A DNA stretch of 24,000 bases from Metabacillus kandeliae (GTDB lineage Bacteria > Bacillota > Bacilli > Bacillales > Bacillaceae), in NCBI RefSeq assembly GCF_021166585.1, contig NZ_JAJOZE010000001.1, forward strand, positions 1,195,304 to 1,219,303, in the 5' to 3' direction. The notes beneath the pieces are model-generated. The model had not been told where the DNA came from. It worked only from the letters and a program-made list of their open reading frames with translations, and did no database searches. How positions within the stretch are numbered: position 1 is the first letter of the stretch; every line of letters begins with the position of its first letter. The position numbers and the translations under genes are program-made. Below are positions 8,043 to 14,019 of this stretch, in pieces.

Positions 8043-8783
8043 TTATTTATTTTCTTCTGCCTTTATTTCATCAAGCCATCTTTTTTGTTTTTCGTCTAAA
8101 GGATAGCTGTCCAAAAGATCCGGGCGGCGCAAAAAAGTCCTTCTGAGTGACTCCTTCATGCGCCATTCGTCAATTAATCTGTGATTGCCTGAAAGCAATG
8201 TCTCCGGGACCTTTAACCCTTTGTACTCGGCAGGCCTCGTATAATGGGGGTGCTCAAGCAGGCCTGAACTGAAAGAGTCGAGAACAGGTGAATCTTCATT
8301 TCCAAGAACCCCTGGAAGGAGCCTTACTACACTGTCTGCGATCACCATTGAGGCAAGCTCTCCGCCAGTCAGGACAAAATCTCCGATTGAAATCTCATCT
8401 GTTGCCAAATGCTCCCTGATCCGCTCATCATAGCCTTCGTAGTGGCCGCTGATCAGAACAAGATGCTCTTCTTTTGACAGCTCTTCCGCAAGGCCCTGCG
8501 AGTACCGTTCACCCTGCGGGCACACGAGGATAATCCGCGGCTTGGCTGCAGCTTCTTCTTTAATGGCGTTCACTGCATCAAATACAGGCTGAGGCTTCAG
8601 AACCATCCCTGCTCCGCCTCCATACGGATAATCATCGACTGTCTGATGCTTTCCTTCTGCATAATCCCTGAAATTGACCACACGGAAATCAACAGCCTGT
8701 TTTTCCTGTGCCTTTTTCATAATGGAGGAACCGAGCACACCGCTGAACATTTCAGGAAAAAGAGTCAGAAAATCAATTTTCAT
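8043..8783 (-). CDS. trmD: tRNA (guanine37-N1)-methyltransferase
   Basis: 246 aa: [13 protein letters not shown]..., SPOUT/TrmD motifs ([33 protein letters not shown]). ATGA overlap with the rimM stop. Confidence 0.97.
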   Translation of the reverse strand: MKIDFLTLFPEMFSGVLGSSIMKKAQEKQAVDFRVVNFRDYAEGKHQTVDDYPYGGGAGMVLKPQPVFDAVNAIKEEAAAKPRIILVCPQGERYSQGLAEELSKEEHLVLISGHYEGYDERIREHLATDEISIGDFVLTGGELASMVIADSVVRLLPGVLGNEDSPVLDSFSSGLLEHPHYTRPAEYKGLKVPETLLSGNHRLIDEWRMKESLRRTFLRRPDLLDSYPLDEKQKRWLDEIKAEENK

Positions 8784-9304
8784 TCATCCAGCAATCCTTC
8801 CATCAAGTTGATGATAATGGTTTTCTCTTTAATATCGACTTTTTTAACAATCGAATCTATGTACGGGATCAGAGCATCCTTTTTTCTGTTCCGCTTAACT
8901 ACCCAGACATCATTTGCCCCGGGAGTCAAAATCTCCCTGACGGTTCCAATTTCTTCGCCGTCCTCTGTCAGCACCTTGCAGCCGATGATTTCGTGAAAAT
9001 AGAACTCATCATCCTGCAGGCTTTGAAGCTCGGATTCAGGCACTTTTATAATCGAACCCTTCAAATGCTCTACCTCATTAATTGAGTGGAATTCTTCGAA
9101 GGTCAGCAAATCAAAGGACTTATGGGAACGATGCGAAGCAATCACAACTTCAAGGGGATTCTGTGATTTTTCTTCAAAAATAAATAGTTTTTTTCCTTTT
9201 TGATAGCGTTCAGATGCAAAGTCAGTAATAGAAACAACTCTGACTTCGCCTCGCACGCCATGCGTGTTGACGATTTTGCCAACATTAAACCATTTTTCTG
9301 CCAT
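8780..9304 (-). CDS. rimM: 16S rRNA processing protein RimM
   Basis: The ATG at 9304 gives [23 protein letters not shown], preceded by GAGGTG and a 6-nt spacer. The track start at 9313 is the GTG inside that RBS. Confidence 0.93.
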   Translation of the reverse strand: MAEKWFNVGKIVNTHGVRGEVRVVSITDFASERYQKGKKLFIFEEKSQNPLEVVIASHRSHKSFDLLTFEEFHSINEVEHLKGSIIKVPESELQSLQDDEFYFHEIIGCKVLTEDGEEIGTVREILTPGANDVWVVKRNRKKDALIPYIDSIVKKVDIKEKTIIINLMEGLLDE

Positions 9305-9314
9305 TCTTTTCACC

Positions 9315-9695
9315 TCAGCGTATTTCTGTCACAATGCCGTCTGTAATCAGTATGGTCCGGTCCTCCAGGAATTCCTCCCAGTTATCGCCGACCTTTACCT
9401 CAACAAGCGCTTGAACTTCTCTTTCCTTTAATTCGCTGCCAAGGGGCAGGGTATGCACCTGCTCTATTTGAAAACTGAGTATTTTCAGCTTATCTTTGCG
9501 TTTTTCAATTTCTTTCTTGTACTGCTGCCGCATTTCATTGCTGATAATCGTCTTTTCCAGCTTTTTCAGCTGAAATGTAAGCTGATCGCATTCTCTTTGA
9601 GCCTGTTCCATTTTTGCCGTAAAGCTTTCTAAAAGAGACTGTTTGCTTTTTTCCGTCAGTATTTGTTTCACAGAGACTTGCTGCAAAATTTTCAT
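9315..9695 (-). CDS. ylqD: YlqD family protein (unknown function)
   Basis: The ATG at 9695 gives [19 protein letters not shown], preceded by AAGGGTGG and a 6-nt spacer. The track start at 9719 is a TTG with no RBS. Coiled-coil-like middle region; position between ylqC and rimM as in B. subtilis. Confidence 0.8.
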   Translation of the reverse strand: MKILQQVSVKQILTEKSKQSLLESFTAKMEQAQRECDQLTFQLKKLEKTIISNEMRQQYKKEIEKRKDKLKILSFQIEQVHTLPLGSELKEREVQALVEVKVGDNWEEFLEDRTILITDGIVTEIR

Positions 9696-9796
9696 TGCAA
9701 CCCACCCTTTCCTATTCAAAAGGCTGCTTGTCTTTCATATGGCTGCACAGAGCACCAGAACGGACAGCCGTTCGCTTCTGCTTTAGCATTATTGCC

Positions 9797-9805
9797 ATTT
9801 TAGCA
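9797..9805 (-). promoter_or_regulatory. Putative extended -10 promoter element for ylqD-rimM-trmD
   Basis: Minus strand TGCTAAAAT (TGn + TAAAAT) about 100 nt upstream of ylqD. No convincing -35. It lies between the family A array and ylqD. Confidence 0.35.
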
Positions 9806-9845
9806 TGTTTTTTAACAAAAGGGGCTGCAATAAAACGGAACTGAA

Positions 9846-9966
9846 GAAAAGCGCAAGCCGCTCGTTCAGCCCCGACAAGCGCTGGAGGAAAATCACGAAA
9901 AGTCTGATCTTTGACTTTTGGGGATTTTTCGAAGCGACTCGAGGGGCTAGCGGCTGGAGCTGGACA
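9846..9966. repeat. Family A long-hairpin repeat, unit A1 (121 bp, complete)
   Basis: GAAAAGCGCAAGCCGCTCGTTCAGCCCCGACAAGCGCTGGAGG...CGAAAAGTC-loop-GACTTTTGG...CGAAGCGACTCGAGGGGCTAGCGGCTGGAGCTGGACA. Same consensus as the units at 12552-12923. Confidence 0.85.
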
Positions 9967-9970
9967 ATTA

Positions 9971-10068
9971 GAAAAGCGCAAGCCGCTCGTTTAGCCCCGA
10001 CAAGCGCTGGAGGAAAAAACCGAAAAGTCTTGTTCTTAGACTTTTGGGTTAACGGCTAGAGCTGGATA
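9971..10068. repeat. Family A repeat, unit A2 (98 bp; about 23-bp deletion in the 3' arm)
   Basis: Starts 125 bp after A1 with the same 5' arm and core hairpin (CCGAAAAGTC-ttgttctta-GACTTTTGG). The 3' arm is collapsed to TTAACGGCTAGAGCTGGATA. Confidence 0.8.
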
Positions 10069-10120
10069 CTTCAACTTCTGAAATCAGCTATCTAAGAAGA
10101 GCTATCCATTTTGATCTTAT

Positions 10121-10153
10121 AAAAAAAAGGGGAGGTTTCCCCCGCCCTTTTTT
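10121..10153 (-). terminator. Bidirectional-looking intrinsic terminator after ylqC (khpA)
   Basis: A8, then GGGGAGG-ttt-CCCCCGCCC, then T6. Only a short GGGG/CCCC core pairs cleanly. It starts 5 nt after the khpA stop. Confidence 0.55.
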
Positions 10154-10157
10154 CAAG

Positions 10158-10397
10158 TTAATCGTTTATTTCAAGCAAAATACGCTTTGATGACTGTGAT
10201 CCTGCCGCGTAGACAACAGTCCGGATTGCTTTTGCAACCCTTCCCTGTTTGCCAATAACTTTGCCGATATCTGTTTTGTTTACAGTCAGCTGATAGGCGA
10301 TCTGATGATCGCGGTCTTCTGCTGTTACTTTCACGTCTTCGGGGAAATCAACAAGGGCTCTGACAATCGTCTCGATTAACTGTTGAATGTTTTCCAT
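10158..10397 (-). CDS. khpA: KH-domain RNA-binding protein (YlqC/KhpA)
   Basis: 79 aa with the KH GXXG motif region (DIGKVIGKQGRVAKAIRTVV). Immediately downstream of rpsP. Confidence 0.9.
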   Translation of the reverse strand: MENIQQLIETIVRALVDFPEDVKVTAEDRDHQIAYQLTVNKTDIGKVIGKQGRVAKAIRTVVYAAGSQSSKRILLEIND

Positions 10398-10403
10398 TCA
10401 GTT

Positions 10404-10676
<273 letters not shown>

Positions 10677-10710
10677 TTAAAGCACCTCCGAGAATAGTTC
10701 ACAAGATAGT

Positions 10711-10739
10711 ATATTATCAATGTTATCTTTGTTTGTAAA
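10711..10739 (-). promoter_or_regulatory. Putative sigma-A promoter for rpsP-khpA
   Basis: Minus strand: TTTACA (10739-10734), 17 nt, TAATAT (10716-10711). Confidence 0.5.
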
Positions 10740-10766
10740 GTGTTTTTTCTTAACACACTAAAAATG

Positions 10767-12110
10767 TTACATAAAAGGGAATTTCATAGGACCTTTTTTC
10801 TTGCCTTTGGTCATATTTGTCATCTGTTTCATCATTTTTTTCATGTCTTCAAACTGCTTTAAAAGACGGTTGACTTCAGGAACGGTTGTCCCGCTTCCCT
10901 TTGCAATCCGCTTTCTTCTGCCCGCATTGATGATCTCTGGTTTTTCTTTTTCTGTTTTAGTCATCGAACGGATGATGGCCTCCACGTGGCTGATCTGCTT
11001 TTCATCAACCTGAACGTTTTTCAGACCCTTCATCTTGCCTGCTCCAGGAAACATGCCAAGCAGCTCATCAAGCGGCCCCATGCTTTTCACCTGTCCCAGC
11101 TGTTCGAGGAAATCATCAAAGGTAAAGCTCATTGTGCGCATTTTTTGTTCCAGCTCTTTCGCTTTGTCTGCATCGACATTGGCCTGTGCTTTTTCAATAA
11201 GAGTCAGCACATCGCCCATCCCAAGAATTCTGGAAGCCATTCTTTCTGGATGGAAAGGCTCGATTGCATCAAGCTTTTCACCGAGGCCGGCAAATTTAAC
11301 AGGAGTTCCTGTTACCGCACGGATTGACAGAGCTGCACCGCCCCGTGTATCTCCGTCAAGCTTTGTTAAAATGGCTCCTGTGAGGCCGAGCTGTTCATTA
11401 AAGCTCTGCGCAACATTCACAGCATCCTGTCCTGTCATGGCATCGACTACAAGGAAAATCTCGTCAGGGCTTGCCACTTCTTTCACCTGCTTCAATTCGT
11501 CCATTAAATCTTCATCAATATGAAGACGTCCGGCCGTATCGATCAGCACGTAGTCGCAATGCTCTTCCTTTGCCTTTTCAATCGCCTGCCTGGCTATTTC
11601 AACAGGGCTTACCTGGTCGCCAAGAGAAAAAACCGGCATATTTAATTGCTTTCCGAGCGTTTCCAGCTGTTTAATGGCCGCAGGACGGTATATATCCGCT
11701 GCGACAAGCATCGGCTGGCGATTATGCTTTTTGCGGAGCAAATTCGCAAGCTTGCCGGAAGTGGTTGTTTTACCTGCACCTTGCAGACCGACCATCATGA
11801 TGACAGTAGGCGGCCTTTTCGCCGTTGCAATCTGGCTCTGCTCTCCGCCCATCAGCTGGGTGAGTTCATCCTGAACCACCTTGATGACCTGCTGTCCCGG
11901 CGTCAGGCTTTTCATGACTTCCTGGCCAACTGCCCGTTCGCTTACACGCTTGACAAAATCCTTTACCACTTTAAAGTTAACGTCTGCTTCAAGAAGGGCT
12001 AGGCGCACTTCGCGCATCATTTCCTTTACATCCGCTTCGTTTACTTTGCCTTTGCCCCGGATTTTGCTAATGGTATTCTGCAGTCTTTCGGACAATCCTT
12101 CAAATGCCAC
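10767..12110 (-). CDS. ffh: Signal recognition particle protein Ffh
   Basis: 447 aa, GTG start. SRP54 N/G/M domains (GLQGAGKTTTSGKLA, DTAGRL, TKLDGDTRGGAALS, Met-rich C-terminus). Confidence 0.97.
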   Translation of the reverse strand: MAFEGLSERLQNTISKIRGKGKVNEADVKEMMREVRLALLEADVNFKVVKDFVKRVSERAVGQEVMKSLTPGQQVIKVVQDELTQLMGGEQSQIATAKRPPTVIMMVGLQGAGKTTTSGKLANLLRKKHNRQPMLVAADIYRPAAIKQLETLGKQLNMPVFSLGDQVSPVEIARQAIEKAKEEHCDYVLIDTAGRLHIDEDLMDELKQVKEVASPDEIFLVVDAMTGQDAVNVAQSFNEQLGLTGAILTKLDGDTRGGAALSIRAVTGTPVKFAGLGEKLDAIEPFHPERMASRILGMGDVLTLIEKAQANVDADKAKELEQKMRTMSFTFDDFLEQLGQVKSMGPLDELLGMFPGAGKMKGLKNVQVDEKQISHVEAIIRSMTKTEKEKPEIINAGRRKRIAKGSGTTVPEVNRLLKQFEDMKKMMKQMTNMTKGKKKGPMKFPFM

Positions 12111-12124
12111 CCGGCATCGCCTCC

Positions 12125-12457
12125 CTAATCCAATTTCTCAAGCGCTTCAAGCAGAGTCAGCGTCTGAACTTTTTTATCAGATGCTTCAGCAAGAGACTTA
12201 AGCTGTTCTATAAGAAGAGAGCGCTCCTGAAATTTTTGAAGCAATAGAAGCTTTTGCTCATATTGTTCCAGCATTGCTTCCGTCCGTTTTATATTATCAT
12301 AGACAGCCTGCCGGCTAACATTGTATTCTTCAGCAATTTCACCCAGTGAGTAATCGTCCAGATAATAATAAGACATATAGCTTTTTTGCTTCGGGGTGAG
12401 AAGCGACTGATAAAAATCAAAGAGATAATTCATTCTCATTGTCTTTTCCAATATCAA
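12125..12457 (-). CDS. ylxM: YlxM/UPF0122 putative helix-turn-helix protein co-transcribed with ffh
   Basis: 110 aa. [53 protein letters not shown] closely matches my recollection of B. subtilis YlxM. TTG start at 12457, 7 nt after GAGGGGGA. Confidence 0.9.
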   Translation of the reverse strand: MILEKTMRMNYLFDFYQSLLTPKQKSYMSYYYLDDYSLGEIAEEYNVSRQAVYDNIKRTEAMLEQYEQKLLLLQKFQERSLLIEQLKSLAEASDKKVQTLTLLEALEKLD

Positions 12458-12502
12458 AGCATCTTCCCCCTCATGTTAAGTGAATTGCCTTTACAAATCC
12501 AT

Positions 12503-12531
12503 AGTCTACTCTCTCCCAAAACACATGTCAA
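12503..12531 (-). promoter_or_regulatory. Putative sigma-A promoter for ylxM-ffh
   Basis: Minus strand: TTGACA (12531-12526), 17 nt, TAGACT (12508-12503). The -35 is one arm of the inverted repeat GTCAAG-T7-CTTGAC (12527-12545). The family A array begins 7 bp beyond that repeat. Confidence 0.5.
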
Positions 12532-12551
12532 GTTTTTTTCTTGACGACCAA

Positions 12552-12672
12552 GAAAAGCGCAAGCGGTTCGTTCAGCCCCGACAAGCGCTGGAGGAAAATC
12601 CCGAAAAGTCCGGTCTTAGACTTTTTGGGATTTTCCGAAGCGACTCGAGGGGCTAGCCGCTGGAGCTGGACA
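12552..12672. repeat. Family A long-hairpin repeat, unit B1 (121 bp)
   Basis: Same consensus as A1. Core stem GGAAAATCCCGAAAAGTC / GACTTTTTGGGATTTTCC pairs over 18 bp with one G-T. Confidence 0.9.
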
Positions 12673-12676
12673 CACA

Positions 12677-12796
12677 GAAAAGCGGAAGCGGCTCGTTCAG
12701 CCCCGACAAGCGCTGGAGCAAAAATCCGAAAAGTCCGGTTTTGACTTTTTGGATTTTTGTGAAGCGACTCGAGGGGCTAGCCGCTGGAGCTGGACA
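12677..12796. repeat. Family A repeat, unit B2 (120 bp)
   Basis: Starts 125 bp after B1, after a 4-nt linker CACA. Near-identical arms; core AAAAATCCGAAAAGTC / GACTTTTTGGATTTTT. Confidence 0.9.
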
Positions 12797-12800
12797 CACA

Positions 12801-12923
12801 GAAAAGCGGAGGCCGCTCGTTCAGCCCCGACAAGCATAAGACGATCAGCCGGGGAAAGGCGATTTTTCCTTTCCCTGGCTGATCGGCTTATGACCTCGAG
12901 GGGCTAGCGGCAAGAGCTGGACA
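12801..12923. repeat. Family A repeat, unit B3 (123 bp; outer arms conserved, apical module replaced)
   Basis: The outer arms GGCCGCTCGTTCAGCCCCGACAAGC ... CTCGAGGGGCTAGCGGC are retained. The interior is an unrelated 24-bp hairpin, ATAAGACGATCAGCCGGGGAAAGG-cgattttt-CCTTTCCCTGGCTGATCGGCTTAT. Confidence 0.85.
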
Positions 12924-12927
12924 CCAT

Positions 12928-13010
12928 GAAAAGCGCAAGCGGCTCGTTCAGCCCAGATACCCACATACAAGAAAAAACCGAAAGTCCAGTCTCAGACATT
13001 TCGGTTTTTC
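12928..13010. repeat. Family A repeat, unit B4 (degenerate terminal unit whose core hairpin is the ftsY terminator)
   Basis: The first 27 nt (GAAAAGCGCAAGCGGCTCGTTCAGCCC) match the unit 5' arm. At the same register (about +50 nt), CCGAAAGTCCAGTCTCAGACATTTCGG aligns with the core CCGAAAAGTCCGGTCTTAGACTTTTTGG of B1. Confidence 0.7.
12971..13010 (-). terminator. Rho-independent (bidirectional-looking) terminator after ftsY
   Basis: Minus strand: AAAAACCGAAA(T)GTC-tgagactg-GACTTTCGGTTTTTT. The GC core is CCGAAA.GTC/GACTTTCGG with a T6 tail. It ends 8 nt after the ftsY stop. Confidence 0.8.
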
Positions 13011-13017
13011 AAGCTTC

Positions 13018-14001
13018 CTAAGCTTTCTCTATAAGATCTGCAAACAGTCCATACACATATTGTTCTGCCTGGAATGGCTGAAGATCGTCCATCTTTTCGC
13101 CGAGGCCGACCAGCTTGACCGGCAGCTTTAATTCATTTCTGATTGCCAGCACAATTCCGCCTTTTGCTGTTCCGTCAAGCTTTGTGAGCACAATGCCCGT
13201 AACATTTGTTACTTCTGAAAATTGCTTTGCCTGTGCCATGGCATTTTGGCCTGTTGTCGCATCAAGGACAAGCAGCACCTCATGCGGAGCGCCAGGCAAT
13301 TCTTTTTCAATGACCCGCTTTACTTTTTCGAGTTCTTTCATCAAATTCACTTTATTCTGAAGTCTACCGGCTGTATCGCACAGGAGAATATCTGCTTTGC
13401 GCGCTTTTGCTGACTGTACAGCATCATACATGACAGCTGCGGGATCTGATCCTGCTGAGTGCTTGATCACGTCCACTCCTGCTCTTTCGCCCCATACTTC
13501 AAGCTGTTCAATCGCACCGGCACGGAAAGTGTCTCCTGCGGCAAGAACGACCTTTTTTCCTTCTGACTTAAATTGATGAGCGAGTTTTCCGATCGTGGTT
13601 GTTTTGCCGACGCCGTTTACTCCTACGAACAAAATGATATTCAGCCTGCCTTCTTCAATGTTAAGCTTTGAAGAATCTTCTTGGCCGCCTTCATAAATCT
13701 CCACCAATTTCTCCGAGATAACATCTCTGACTTCTTCCGGATCCTGAATATTTTTCCGCTTCACTTCATCTCTCAGTTCATCAATCAGAAGCATAACGGT
13801 ATTAAAGCCGACGTCAGCGCTGATCAGCAATTCTTCGAGATCTTCAAAAAACTCTTCGTCTACTTTTCTGTAACGGGAGACAAGATCATTTACTCTTTCA
13901 GAAAAGTTGTTTCTCGTTTTACTGAGACCATCCCGGAATTTAGAAGATACAGAGTCTGTTTGCTTTGTAAGGTTTTCTTTTAATTTTTTAAAAAAGCTCA
14001 T
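13018..14001 (-). CDS. ftsY: Signal recognition particle receptor FtsY
   Basis: 327 aa. SRP GTPase NG domain (GVNGVGKTTTIGKLA, DTAGRLQNK, TKLDGTAKGG). Confidence 0.97.
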   Translation of the reverse strand: MSFFKKLKENLTKQTDSVSSKFRDGLSKTRNNFSERVNDLVSRYRKVDEEFFEDLEELLISADVGFNTVMLLIDELRDEVKRKNIQDPEEVRDVISEKLVEIYEGGQEDSSKLNIEEGRLNIILFVGVNGVGKTTTIGKLAHQFKSEGKKVVLAAGDTFRAGAIEQLEVWGERAGVDVIKHSAGSDPAAVMYDAVQSAKARKADILLCDTAGRLQNKVNLMKELEKVKRVIEKELPGAPHEVLLVLDATTGQNAMAQAKQFSEVTNVTGIVLTKLDGTAKGGIVLAIRNELKLPVKLVGLGEKMDDLQPFQAEQYVYGLFADLIEKA

Positions 14002-14019
14002 CTTTTCTGTCCTTTCTGG

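Noticed and set aside
12541-12744. Plus-strand 67-aa ORF (MTTKKSASGSFSPDKRWRKI...). Related ORFs are 9805-10059 (+) and 9712-9981 (-).
   Set aside because: These lie entirely inside the family A repeats. The 125-bp period is not a multiple of 3, so successive units are read in different frames (SFSPDKRWRK, then SAPTSAGAK). There is no RBS, the composition is arginine/serine-rich and low in complexity, and the starts are non-ATG or arbitrary. They are translation artefacts of a structured repeat.
12552-12954. CRISPR array
   Set aside because: The repeats are about 121 bp and directly abutting, with only 4-nt linkers. CRISPR repeats are 24-48 bp and separated by unique spacers. There are no cas genes in the window.
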